Below, piece after piece: positions 49,744 to 61,160 of a DNA stretch of 64,000 nucleotides. The translations under genes were made by a program, and so were the position numbers. Under the pieces are notes generated by a model. That model was given only the letters and a program-made list of their open reading frames with translations. It did no database searches and was not told where the DNA came from. Positions within the stretch are counted from its first letter, which is position 1. The number at the start of each line of letters is the position of its first letter. Origin of the DNA: a virus (taxonomy: Duplodnaviria > Caudoviricetes); the IMG/VR virus record IMGVR_UViG_3300035208_003581, positions 59,128-123,127 of that record. One strand, written 5' to 3'.

Positions 49744-50503
49744 TAAAACTAACAGAGAAGTATTAGATTCTCTTCATCATATTAGGGGAGAATTTACTCT
49801 TACACACCGCATTGATTTAATTGAATCTTTATGCATGGCTCAAGTAGAATGCATAAATAGAAACATTTCTTTATTAGATGTACCTGAAATACTATTTAAG
49901 TATATGTATATTGAACATATTACAGATAATGCTCTTATATTATGGTATTCAAATTTATGTGATGTGAAAGAGAAAGATTTATGGTATTGCTATGCACCAT
50001 ATATAGCCCAAGCTAAAATATGTCTTTCTTCAGCATTTAAAGAAATATTAGCACGTAATCTAAAATTAGATAATCTTCGGTTACGATATATGCGACACGC
50101 AAAAGAACGGGCAAAAGAACGGTTGGGAGTGAAACTTACTTCAAAAACTCACGACTATATATGTAGACTTATAAAGAATAAAGAAAAGGAAGTGCATTTT
50201 CTATATTCTAAACCTGTGGTTGATGATGTGAATGTAGTAGATGTTTATTCAGTGTATGTCCCAGTATTCAAAATATCAATAGTAGTATATTATGATACTT
50301 ATTTAAATTGTATTAGGACTGTGTATTCTGATCGTCATGTACCTCTAAGATTTAGAGGTAAAGATAAATTTGAAAATAAAATAAAAAAAATAGATGGGAG
50401 ATTGAATAAGCAAAAAAGAAAACGTAAAATAAATAATGATAAAGTTTCAAGAAAGAAAGATAAAGAAGATATTAACAAATTGATCTATTATAAACAATCT
50501 TAA
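49730..50503 (+). CDS. Hypothetical protein with RelE-like C-terminal motif
   Basis: RHAKERAKER...IVVYYD...IRTVY pattern. Confidence 0.4.
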   Translation: MTLSDKTNREVLDSLHHIRGEFTLTHRIDLIESLCMAQVECINRNISLLDVPEILFKYMYIEHITDNALILWYSNLCDVKEKDLWYCYAPYIAQAKICLSSAFKEILARNLKLDNLRLRYMRHAKERAKERLGVKLTSKTHDYICRLIKNKEKEVHFLYSKPVVDDVNVVDVYSVYVPVFKISIVVYYDTYLNCIRTVYSDRHVPLRFRGKDKFENKIKKIDGRLNKQKRKRKINNDKVSRKKDKEDINKLIYYKQS

Positions 50504-50772
50504 AGAAAGGATATCCCTATGAACGATTTTGATTATGAAAAATTTACTCCAAATACTTTTTACACACGTGAAGTGATCTACTCTAATGTTGGTAAAAGAG
50601 AGACTAAAATAGATAAGTTTGGAACTCAATATTTTCCACCTTTAGTTTCTCATCAACACCGCAAAAAAGCATCACAACATTATAAGATACTGAAAAAATT
50701 AAGTAAATTAAGGAATCAAATGTAGGATCATTAAAATGGAAATACATGATGAGATTATATACTCACAGAATA

Positions 50773-52024
50773 GTCAATTACCACCGACCTCGTCGGTGGC
50801 TTGTAGCTAAATATCTGCTACTATAAGCGGATTGACAACCGCTCGTTCCTCATGAGTGTACCCACGAGGAATAGATCGAGAAGCTATATTGATAGCTCCA
50901 TTACGATCTGCGTGGTCTTGATGACCACAGTTTTTACAAATAAAATCAATACCTTTTCGATTACTTTTATGAACGTATCCACAAACTGAACATTCTTGAG
51001 AAGTAAACTTCGGATCTACATATTCAACGGAAATGCCTTTGGCCGCTGCTTTGTATTCTACGTAAAACTGGAGTTGAGCGAAGGGCCAACGAGAGATAGT
51101 TGCTCGATTTTCTTTAGACATTCGTTTAGCTTTCTTCTCGGATCCTTTCCTAATACCTCTCAAGTCCTCGAAAACGAGAGTTGAAACGTTCATCTGTTCA
51201 GCAAAGTCTACCAATCTCCTAGAGACAACGTGTAGGTGCTGTTGTGTTACGGATGACTCCTTCTGGCTTAACCTTTTAAGCAACTTCTTTGAAGAAGGAG
51301 TACCAACACTAGCGACTTTACTTCGAACCTGACGAATACGCTTTCGCTTCTCGTTCAACGAAGAACCTGAAACAAAAAGAGTTTTTTTTGGTGTCCAGAC
51401 AGTGCAAATATTTTTAATCCCACTGTCTATACCTGCGACCACACCCGAAGATTTAGGTTCTGGGATTTTTACTTTAACACAGAGGCAAATATACCAGGAT
51501 TTGCCAATCTTTTTTAGTTTAGAATCGCACCACTTACCTTCGGGGATGGACTTGGATTGATAAATAGATGGAACGTTAAATACTGTAAAACCTTTACGTT
51601 CCGTAATGTTAAAGTCTTTAGTCCAACACAGTGGAACGGATTGCTTCTTGTATACAATTAACTTGTGTTTCTTTTTCCTCGCAGCCTTGTAGGAACCAAC
51701 CACTGCTCGGAAGAGAGAACAGACAACTTGAGATGGAAGATCAAACATTCCTCGAATAGTAGAGTAAAACTCACCGTGGAGCTTCACAGGTGATTGGATT
51801 AACTGTCTTTGATAAATAATCTCAGATAACCAATTTGCAGCTTCTAAATAGTTGGAACAAATAGATTCCAACTTGGGATGAGAGGATGTAAGTTTTAACT
51901 TGACTGTTCGTATACTATTCATGTATATTATTTTAACAGTTAAAAAAGAGAATATCAACAACTATTTAACAAAAAGGACAGCATTTCCTCCACTAACTTC
52001 GTTGGTGGTTTCCAATGCTGAAAC
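50773..52024 (-). mobile_element. IS200/IS605-family TnpB-only (IS1341-like) element
   Basis: Left-end hairpin CCACCAACGAAGTTAGTGG after TTAT; right-end hairpin CCACCGACGAGGTCGGTGG followed by TTGAC; no target duplication. Confidence 0.88.
50807..51922 (-). CDS. tnpB: TnpB RNA-guided nuclease (canonical RuvC)
   Basis: GIDSG, VFEDL, TSQECSVCG...CKNCG, HADRNGAINI. Confidence 0.95.
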   Translation of the reverse strand: MNSIRTVKLKLTSSHPKLESICSNYLEAANWLSEIIYQRQLIQSPVKLHGEFYSTIRGMFDLPSQVVCSLFRAVVGSYKAARKKKHKLIVYKKQSVPLCWTKDFNITERKGFTVFNVPSIYQSKSIPEGKWCDSKLKKIGKSWYICLCVKVKIPEPKSSGVVAGIDSGIKNICTVWTPKKTLFVSGSSLNEKRKRIRQVRSKVASVGTPSSKKLLKRLSQKESSVTQQHLHVVSRRLVDFAEQMNVSTLVFEDLRGIRKGSEKKAKRMSKENRATISRWPFAQLQFYVEYKAAAKGISVEYVDPKFTSQECSVCGYVHKSNRKGIDFICKNCGHQDHADRNGAINIASRSIPRGYTHEERAVVNPLIVADI

Positions 52025-53700
52025 ATAATGAAAGTTTAAATGAAATTATAACTATTATAAAACAATATTTATCTGCATCAAATTATTTAATTGTTCCTGT
52101 CTGGTATGAGCTGTTAGAATCATTTTTAATGAGTATCTACAGTATGCAAGCTATGTCCATAATAGATAAGCGTATACTCAATATAAAAAATGACCTTAAT
52201 GATTATATACATCACACAGAGTATAATGCGACTTCTGTGATGGATAAAAATTTCCCTTGATCTTGGGGTAAAACTTTGTATATTGTGTGAGAATGTTTTT
52301 AATTGAATTGAGATATAACAGATAACACAGAAATATTAACCAAAAATAGGAGAATGACATGACATACAATTCTGTTAATGATCTTATAAAAGATATGGTA
52401 GAACATACCGATGAATCAAATATTAAGCTTAATGATGAATTAAAGGCTGAATATATTTCAATAAATCACTTGAAAAAAAGTATGCTCCAATATTTTGAAG
52501 ATACCATAGTAAATGCTATTGGTGAAGTAGATATTAATACGATAGTTGGTAATATGTTAGAAAAATTCAGTGAATATCTAGTTATACCATCTGAAAATAC
52601 ATCTGAAAATATACCACCAAATAAAACGTATATGTCAGAAATCATAAATTTGAATAAAGACATATTTTTTAAAATCATTAAATTTCCTTATGTAGATTAT
52701 GATTCTGCAATGGATGATGCTGTTAGACTTACTAAGAAAATTGTGTCTTCTTGGGAGAAATAGTATGCATTCATCTCATCCATTATATATCTTTGTTGGC
52801 TGTGAGAATTGTAGATACACACGTATTTCTAAAAGTAACAGTCAAAAAGTAGAATGTGTGAAACATGCCAGGAAAGATTTTTTTCGATTTGATACTTCTT
52901 ATTGTTGCGAAGAATGGCATCCTTGTAAGTCTTTTATGATAAATAAAATTAAAAAAGAAAATGAGTTTTTTAAAATAGAAAATGAGTTTTTTAAATAGTT
53001 TTAAATCAAGTATTGTATCTACATGAGTGGTTTTAATTGTGTGAGAATAACTATAATAAATGAAAGGTATGTGTCGTCATGTCTACAAAAATAAAAAATG
53101 AAATGATTGAATATTATAAATCTTTACTTGAGAATTGCCCAGAGAAAACAATCTTAGAAATGTTTGAGGAAACTCTTTACGTATTTGAAACTCATTTATC
53201 TGATAAAGAAATATTGACCATGATGGATACATCTACTAGATTAATGGCAGTTAAAATTAATAAAGAGATTTTAGAATTGTTAGCAAAAGAAAAAGGTCTC
53301 GGTTCTGTTACAAAAGAAGATGCATATAATTGCACATATGAACTTTTTGAAAAATGGGGGTTTATTATTTAGGATTGCAGTAACAACGCCCGCATAGAGG
53401 CTTAGTATCTGTGACGCGCCGAGCACAACTTATTTTTTATTTATAGTTTATATTCTCCCTTATATTTTGTATATCTATGAGTATATGTACCATACACGAT
53501 ATGAGGTCGATATGTCACATAAATTTACATTTAATGATGGATCAAGTACTGAAATAATAACGAGTTCTACCGAATATGCTATTACTATTGTATCTATATT
53601 TTTAAAAGAAACAAATTTAGTTATAAAAAATATAAGTATAACTAAATAGTTTTTAATATGTTTTTATATGTGGTATTAAATTAAAACAAGGAGTTAAAAA

Positions 53701-54324
53701 ATGTTAAGCAAAGAATTAAAAAAAATCAGTAGAAGTATTAAAGAATCATCTATGACTTCGTACAAATTTAAAATTTTTGGTGATGATTACGAATTTTCTG
53801 GAGATTTCTCGGAAGCGTCATCCACTATTTTATTCGACGGGGAACCCACATCGTATCAAGTAGCCGACTTCCGACATTGGCCAGAAGAGGCCGCTCGTGA
53901 ATATATCCGAGAATTAATTGTAGCGTCTGGTGATGATCCAGAGGATTATGAAGAAGATATAAATGAGGCCATTGAGAATATGACTGAAAAGAAAATTCTC
54001 ACACAAGACGACCCAACAGAATATACTGTTTCAGATGGTAATGCTACTGAAAAATATGATGACTGGGATGATACTGTAAGTGCAGTGGAGTCTTGGTATG
54101 ACTATATGGATGATGATGATCACTATAAATTTGAAGGTGGTAGACCACCTTTTAATCCAAGACGGTTAGAACCAGGGGATGTGGATAGTTTAAATGAGGC
54201 TATTCGTGAATGGGAAAATGAAATTGCTGAATCGTTGGATTATGAAAGTTTTCATGGCCATGGGAATTATAGTGTAAGCCCTGCAAGTGCAATGGGATTG
54301 AATCTTACCGTTGCTGTTGATTGA
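53701..54324 (+). CDS. Highly acidic hypothetical protein with basic N-terminal leader
   Basis: MLSKELKKISRSIKES followed by an Asp/Glu-rich body. Confidence 0.6.
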   Translation: MLSKELKKISRSIKESSMTSYKFKIFGDDYEFSGDFSEASSTILFDGEPTSYQVADFRHWPEEAAREYIRELIVASGDDPEDYEEDINEAIENMTEKKILTQDDPTEYTVSDGNATEKYDDWDDTVSAVESWYDYMDDDDHYKFEGGRPPFNPRRLEPGDVDSLNEAIREWENEIAESLDYESFHGHGNYSVSPASAMGLNLTVAVD

Positions 54325-55629
54325 CATTTCTTTAGATATAAGCTAAAAATTTTAATCTTGTCAAAAAATAATACTTTTATACCTCTATTGTACTGTGGAG
54401 GTAACTATGATCACATTTACATATCCTAAAGGAAATCTAATAAATAACTATACAGATGAAGATTTAAGTTCACTACTCATGTCTATTTGGAATGCAGTTG
54501 AAGATAATCGTGATTTGAGTATTGCAATGTCAAATGGAGATATTCAATATTTATATGAACAAAAAGTAATAGATGAGCATGCTTTGAAATTCGTTCAAAA
54601 TTATTATATTCTCTATGGTATATAATCTCTTTAAAACATTTTAAAATTTTTTGTATTCTATCATAGAAAGTGAGGTTTTTATGAGTGGTGGACATTTTGA
54701 TTACAAAAACCATTATATCTACGATATGATCGAACAAATTGAAACTGATATAAAATGTGATAATTCCCAATTGAGTGAATTAACCATAGAGTTCATGCAA
54801 AAAACTCTCTCTAAAATGAGAGAGTTATCTGAAATACTTTATGATTATGATTATATGATGAGTGGTGATTCTTCAGAAGACACTTTTAAGGAGAAGTATA
54901 GATTATGAGTGAATTGTTTATAGTAATTCTATGTCAAGTTTTTATAATCACAACCACTACATTAATCGGTATGGTATATGGTTATTACCAAGCAAAAAAA
55001 GAGTTCGATACTGTTCAATGCACGCATATTAAATTTCCTACAATAATAAAGGATTAAATTATGCTTTCAGATATTATTTTAGAAGAAATTGCCCGATGTA
55101 CCATAGATATGGTGATGATTCAGGATTTATTGTCTGTATTAAAATTTAAAGATTCAAAATCAAAATTTGAATCTTTAAATGAATATTATCACTATATAGA
55201 CAATTTCAGTGAATTAACCGATAGAGATCATATATTTGTTATATACAATGATGGTACTCAAATTAGATCTGAAAATTTTCATAACCCAATAGTGACTCAA
55301 ACTTTGGTTGATAAAATTGATGAGTTTAAGAAAAAAATAAAAGAATTGAATGTTATTTTAAATATTCTATCAGAAAATAAAGAATTGGAAGAAAATTACT
55401 ATTCTGTTAAAAATAAATGGCATGATTTTTTGGAGAAATCTATTATAAATCAATGTGCTTACTACCCTTTAAAATGTTATATTGAAAGATTATGTGCTTA
55501 TGATCGGGAAACAGAATAATATGAAGACAATCTTTCGTTAAGCAAGTAAATAGTATCGTTAACAGCTTCATTGAAGCAGGAACCAAGCACAGAATTTCAT
55601 AGTAGATTTTGGTAAATTAGGAGAATGCT

Positions 55630-56181
55630 ATGCAAATACGTAGATTAAAGTCATTACTTAACACTACACGTCCCACTCATCTTCATAATGGGAAGATATG
55701 TATAGGTTCATCATATATGTATGATTTGATTTCGGTAGATGTACGTACATTAGCTATGAGATATGCATTATCAAGTGATCCTCATAGTTCAAGAGATTCT
55801 GAGTTAATAGGTATTTGGGATAAATTAAAGGAATTAATTGATACTGGAATATTACAAGAGATAATTGACAATGATGACCCTATTGATGGCATGGTTCCTG
55901 TTTATTTTTACAATTTAGAAGGTGGTATTACAGAAAGTTATGCTGAACCGGATAGTAAATCAGATATAACCTATGATGGTATTGCTCTCAATAATTATAC
56001 GTTTTTTTATAATAAGAAAGATGCAGTGAAAGATGGTGTATCAGATTTAGAACGTGATATATCCATAATAAGTACTCAAATTTCTTCAATAGAATTTGAA
56101 CTAGATAAAAAGAAAAAGTTATTAGAAACTCATAAGAAATGGTTAGATAATCTCACCATGGAATTTTCAAAAATGATGTGA
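55630..56181 (+). CDS. Hypothetical protein with C-terminal coiled coil
   Basis: AGGAGA RBS, 183 aa. Confidence 0.55.
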   Translation: MQIRRLKSLLNTTRPTHLHNGKICIGSSYMYDLISVDVRTLAMRYALSSDPHSSRDSELIGIWDKLKELIDTGILQEIIDNDDPIDGMVPVYFYNLEGGITESYAEPDSKSDITYDGIALNNYTFFYNKKDAVKDGVSDLERDISIISTQISSIEFELDKKKKLLETHKKWLDNLTMEFSKMM

Positions 56182-56189
56182 GAGTGGTT

Positions 56190-56675
56190 ATGATAAAAAA
56201 TTTAGTACTTGATGTTGATGGGGTACTCACTGATGGACATTTTCATGTGTCTGATAATGGTGTGATCACTAAAACATTTAATTGTAGAGATTATGATGCA
56301 ATACATCGTCTTCAACATATTGGTATAACTGTTATTTTATTATCAAATGACTTTCATTGTTTACAATACTATGCTGATGCAGTAGGTTGTGAAGCTATTC
56401 ATGTAGATTTTAAATTGAAAAAAATTGATATGTTGAGTAACCGTCTATCAGAAGAATTGACTCAAACTTTGTATTGTGGTGATTCTCTTCACGATTTAGA
56501 TTGTTTGAGAACATGTGGTTATGCTTTTGTCCCTAGAAATGCAGAATATCCATTACGATTAGAATTCACAGTCCTTAAACGTAATGGTGGTGAAGGTATT
56601 GTTGAAGAACTTGAAGGTAATATTAAGAGTATCAATAATCCTAATATGTATCTAGTGAGTCTCGTTTTGAGTTAA
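56190..56675 (+). CDS. KdsC-like (YrbI family) HAD phosphatase
   Basis: VLDVDGVLTDG, KTFNCRD, YCGDSLHD, GGEG.VEE. Confidence 0.85.
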   Translation: MIKNLVLDVDGVLTDGHFHVSDNGVITKTFNCRDYDAIHRLQHIGITVILLSNDFHCLQYYADAVGCEAIHVDFKLKKIDMLSNRLSEELTQTLYCGDSLHDLDCLRTCGYAFVPRNAEYPLRLEFTVLKRNGGEGIVEELEGNIKSINNPNMYLVSLVLS

Positions 56676-57541
56676 GTAAGGCATTTGAGATGTTGGAGAG
56701 CAAAGAAATAAGAGAGGCGCTTGGTGAAAATAATCATTTATAATAACCAACAAAATAGGGATATAAAAATGGAAGGATTCTTGGGCGTAGAAGCTGTCAA
56801 TATTAATGGAACTGCATATGCTGATTATAAGCCGAAACATCTCGCAATCAAATTGATTGAAGATTATGGGAGCATTGATGGTTCCCATCATAAAGATTGG
56901 GTAATAGATCAGGTAGTGCGAATTTTAATGGGGACAAAAGTTTACTTTAGTATGGCGTCTTGGAGTAATGGGCATACAGAATTACGATGTAGTTTAGGTG
57001 CTCCGTCTAAAAAATACTTAAAATGGCGCAAAAATATGGGTGCTAATTATGATGAAGGAATCGCTCCTTAGTAAGAAAGTTCATTATGAAGAAACATATA
57101 TTAGTTATATATAACACGATTATATAATTTTGAGTACTGTAAAATCTATTGTATCCTACGTTTATAGGAGGTGTGTCGTGAATAAGAGAGATACGACAAA
57201 AGCACATTATAAGAATATTGAAATATTTGACGAGGAGTTAAGTTACCTTAGAGTAGCTACTATAAAAGAATCTATGTCTTCTTCTTTAAGAAAAGAGATA
57301 TCTAATTTAGAAGAACAACGCAAAAAATCTATTAATTATTTGATTAAATCAAACCCTAATTTCATTATCTTATTGAACTTATTAAGTCCTGTATGTATTA
57401 ATGTGTATGAGGATTGCACATGTGCTCGCTGTAAACTTGAAGCTATGATTGAAGAAAATAATTTCAGATACATTACTGATGTGATAGAGTAGGTAAAAAT
57501 GTTTAAGAAAAACAAGATAAACCAGTAAAAGGTTGTATGAA

Positions 57542-57988
57542 ATGATATGTGAGTTTCAAAATGAGTATAGATTCCTGTCTAACTTTTACCCGTTACAACA
57601 TCCTATTCAAGTTGAATCTATTCTATACTACACATCAGAAAATGCTTTTCAGGCAATGAAAACATTGGATAAAGAAGCTCGTATACAGATTTCAAAAGTT
57701 AACCCATACAAAGCTAAGAAACTTGGCCGTAAAGTAATATTACGTGAAGATTGGGAAGATATTAAATTAAATATAATGGAAATGGTTATTTATAAGAAAT
57801 TCAGATACACACCTTTAAAAGAACTTTTACTCAGCACTTATCCTAAAAAATTGATTGAAGGTAATGGTTGGAATGATACTTTTTGGGGAGTATCCAATGG
57901 AGTTGGATCAAATAATTTAGGAATTATACTTATGAAAGTACGAGATCATTTTATGATACATGATTATTTTCCTATATGTTCTCCATAA
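57542..57988 (+). CDS. NADAR (YbiA-like) protein
   Basis: FLSNFY, SENAFQAMK, AKKLGR...REDWE, EGNGWNDTFWGV, NNLGIILMKVR. Confidence 0.92.
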   Translation: MICEFQNEYRFLSNFYPLQHPIQVESILYYTSENAFQAMKTLDKEARIQISKVNPYKAKKLGRKVILREDWEDIKLNIMEMVIYKKFRYTPLKELLLSTYPKKLIEGNGWNDTFWGVSNGVGSNNLGIILMKVRDHFMIHDYFPICSP

Positions 57989-58387
57989 AGTTTCTCTACA
58001 ATGTCTAAATAATTTTCTCCAATACCACCTATATAACTATCAGATATGTATGAAAGATATTTATTCTCTACTATATATTTTAAAAAATTTCTTAGTGTAA
58101 TTTTTTCTTTCAGAGTATTTAAAATAAGTTTAAGTTCCTCATCAGATGTTTCAATACATTGGATAGACAATTTATCTCTACCCATGAATTGCACTACTAT
58201 AGCAATTGGTATATCTAAATTGTTGTTTTTGTATCTAACTATGAAATAACTGTATATATGCATAATTTTCATTACTTTCCTCCTAATAGGATAATACAAA
58301 TTTTATTTTGTAATTAACAATTAAATTTGTATTCTATTATAGAATCTTTAACGTAGACGATTAAATAAGAGAATTTTTGAGGGTAAA

Positions 58388-58879
58388 ATGAAAAAAGTAA
58401 CAAAAAAATTTATTTGGGGAGATGCACATTGGTGGGTGGATGAGAACAATAATACTTGGTCTGGTTGGGAATTTTCTAAGAAACAAGCTGAAAAACTATC
58501 CAAATCTCTTGTGAATTGTAAAAATTGTGAGAATTGTAAATTCTGCACAAATTGTACTAGGTGTATAAATTGTGTAGGATGTGAAGATTGTATGGGAACC
58601 TTTCACAGCAAAGAATGCAAATATTGCCAACACTGTGTGAATTGTACCCGATTAATTTTGTGTGTAAGCTGTGTTGAATGTGTGTATTGTGTTACATGCA
58701 AAAATTGTGAAAAGTGTGTAAATTGTACTAAATGTCTTTCTTGTATTAATTGTTTCAATTGTTTAGAAGCTGAAAAGTCAAATGATTGTGATAATTGTAT
58801 ATGTGTCTTTAATTGTAGTTCTTGTGCAGCACTTTCATATATGAAATATGAAAGTAAAATGAATAGTATAATAGATTAA
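58388..58879 (+). CDS. CxxC-repeat protein, paralog 1
   Basis: WVDENNNTW...SKSLVNC followed by ~25 Cys at 3-residue spacing. Confidence 0.7.
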   Translation: MKKVTKKFIWGDAHWWVDENNNTWSGWEFSKKQAEKLSKSLVNCKNCENCKFCTNCTRCINCVGCEDCMGTFHSKECKYCQHCVNCTRLILCVSCVECVYCVTCKNCEKCVNCTKCLSCINCFNCLEAEKSNDCDNCICVFNCSSCAALSYMKYESKMNSIID

Positions 58880-58891
58880 AGGAGATATACT

Positions 58892-59329
58892 ATGTTTGTA
58901 AATGCTCATTGGTCTGAAGAATATGATGAAAAAGTTATTTCAAAAAAGAAAATAATATCTTTAAAAAAAGAAAATGATTGTTGGGTAGATAAAAATAATA
59001 ATAAATGGAAATGTTATGTTTATTCTAAAAAAGAAGCTGAGAAACTATCACTTACATTAATTAATTGTAAGAATTGTCTTGATTGTTGTTTCTGTACAAA
59101 TTTAACAAATTGTAAAATATGTGACTTCTGTAAAGATTGTACAGATTGCGAGTACTGTGTTAATTGTGTAAAATGTGTTAATTGTTCAGCATGTTCTTTT
59201 TGCAGAACTTGTACTAATTGCAAAGATTGTTTACATTGTAGGAATTGTAAAGGCTGTGAGAACTGTAATTATTGTGAAGGTATTGAAGAAGACGTGGAAT
59301 ATCTATCAATTGAGTATGTACATCAATAA
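58892..59329 (+). CDS. CxxC-repeat protein, paralog 2
   Basis: WVDKNNNKW...SLTLINC plus (Cxx)n. Confidence 0.7.
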   Translation: MFVNAHWSEEYDEKVISKKKIISLKKENDCWVDKNNNKWKCYVYSKKEAEKLSLTLINCKNCLDCCFCTNLTNCKICDFCKDCTDCEYCVNCVKCVNCSACSFCRTCTNCKDCLHCRNCKGCENCNYCEGIEEDVEYLSIEYVHQ

Positions 59330-59406
59330 TCTTAAAAATAATCTTTAAAATCATTATTCAATTTTGTATACCTGTATGTGTATTAAATCATAATAGGAGG
59401 TATATC

Positions 59407-59829
59407 ATGCTTTTTGGAACACGAGTATTAGTGCAAAGAGGGTCAGATCACCATGCTAATAATCTAAGGGTAGTTCCTGGTAAGCTCATAGGAGCTTATA
59501 AAAACCAGTGTTTGGTTAAGTTAGATTATTTCGATGGTCCATGTGATAATCCTGATCAAACAAGTATGTGGTTTTCAAAAAGCCAGGTTACGAAATATAC
59601 TGAAGAAACGGATATTATTTATTTGATCTGTCTTAATGACCATGTTGAGTATTGGGTAACAAATGAGTGTTTAGCAGAAAATATAGTTGCTAAACTAAGG
59701 AAAATATGTTGGGATAATCCAAATAAATTTGGAGGTCTTAACTATCGAGTAGAATCTGTAAGACGTTTACCCAATCCATCTAATAATATTGGGTATCTTC
59801 GTAAAATATTCACAAATATCCGTTTTTAA
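59407..59829 (+). CDS. Hypothetical protein
   Basis: AGGAGG RBS; promoter motif at 59344-72. Confidence 0.55.
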   Translation: MLFGTRVLVQRGSDHHANNLRVVPGKLIGAYKNQCLVKLDYFDGPCDNPDQTSMWFSKSQVTKYTEETDIIYLICLNDHVEYWVTNECLAENIVAKLRKICWDNPNKFGGLNYRVESVRRLPNPSNNIGYLRKIFTNIRF

Positions 59830-60161
59830 TTTTTGTGTCCCATCTATGAGACATAAAATGGTTTGTGTCTCATATTTTTTGTTTTATGAGTCATAATTTT
59901 TTTTAAAAAATGAGGTTGCTCCAAAAGGTAGGAATTGACTGGATACTGCGTTGCTTATGAACTTTTTTTGTTGACGGAGCAACCTCATATAATATACTAC
60001 ACTGAATAATAAAAAATTTAAAGCACAGTGAAAATTTTTGTATACTAGATATAAGAGATAGGTCTTGGATATGTAACACATGAATAATGGTGTACACTTA
60101 TCTGTGGAGTTGATAGTATGAAAAAAGCATTTTTACTTAATTTAAGTACGAGAAAAAAAGT

Positions 60162-60893
60162 ATGAGAGTAAAAAATTTAGTGTTAGATGTAGATGGTGTC
60201 CTTACCAATGGGTTGTATCATCTCTCAATGAATGGTGAAGTAACGAAATCTTTTCATTGTCGTGATTATGATGCTATACATCGTCTACAGAAAAAAGGAG
60301 TAAATGTTCATTTACTCTCTTGTAGCAGTATATGTTTACAAGAATATGCAAATACTGTTGGGTGTTATTCCACATATGTTGATTATGATCAGACTAAATT
60401 AGAACAATTAAATTGTATCTTTTCAAAAGAAGAACTGCAACATACGTTGTATTGTGGTGATACCATCCAAGATTTAGAATGTTTACGAGCATGTGCTTAT
60501 CAATGTGTTCCGAAAGGATGTGAATTAGAATTACAAAAAAATATTTCTGATTTAACAGTAGAACATTTGAATACTAAGGGTGGTGAGGGTGTTGTGGAAG
60601 AAATTGAAGGTATTATCAATAATCTTAATGGTAATGATTCTTCTATAACTACAATGCCTGGAAGTGTAGATTTAGATGCTGTGGTACGAAAATTTTCCCA
60701 TCCTCTTATAATTCAGAGTTTATCAAAAAATGAAGGTGGTGGATTCCATATTTCAATACAAGATTCTCCTATAAATTCAGTTGGAGATACAGTTCTAGAA
60801 GCATTGAGAATTTTATCAGAAATATGTAATGAAGCTACTCTTTATTATCTTGAAAAAGGTATCTCTCCAGAAAATATCAAAATGAAATACTAA
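60162..60893 (+). CDS. Second KdsC-like HAD phosphatase with C-terminal HicB-like extension
   Basis: VLDVDGVLTNG (one Asp to Asn), YCGDTIQD, GGEGVVEE; tail GGFHISIQD...SVGDTVLEAL. Confidence 0.75.
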   Translation: MRVKNLVLDVDGVLTNGLYHLSMNGEVTKSFHCRDYDAIHRLQKKGVNVHLLSCSSICLQEYANTVGCYSTYVDYDQTKLEQLNCIFSKEELQHTLYCGDTIQDLECLRACAYQCVPKGCELELQKNISDLTVEHLNTKGGEGVVEEIEGIINNLNGNDSSITTMPGSVDLDAVVRKFSHPLIIQSLSKNEGGGFHISIQDSPINSVGDTVLEALRILSEICNEATLYYLEKGISPENIKMKY

Positions 60894-61160
60894 ATTTCTT
60901 TAAAATCTAAACTATATTTTGTATATAGTATTGAACATTAAAGGAGATGGTCATGTTTAGTTTTTGAAAATATTGATAGGAATGGTCCCATACCAGATGA
61001 AGCCTATGCTAGAATCAGTCTTACTCTGTTAGAAAATTTATTATCTGAAATAAAATCCCTACGTGATGAAGTTGATGACGAATAGTATCCTAATCCTAAT
61101 CCAAATTTCAAAAATCAATAATATATTTATTTTATATGATATTGTAAACTTCTACAGGAG

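Larger units (their letters stand above)
50736..52260 (+). pseudogene. Small gene interrupted by the TnpB element
   Basis: Joining 50772 to 52025 gives in-frame MEIHDEIIYSQNNNESLNEIITIIKQY... Confidence 0.75.

Noticed and set aside
52958-52998. Short tandem duplications (also ~31170, ~36372, ~42728)
   Set aside because: Ordinary slippage repeats with no evident function.
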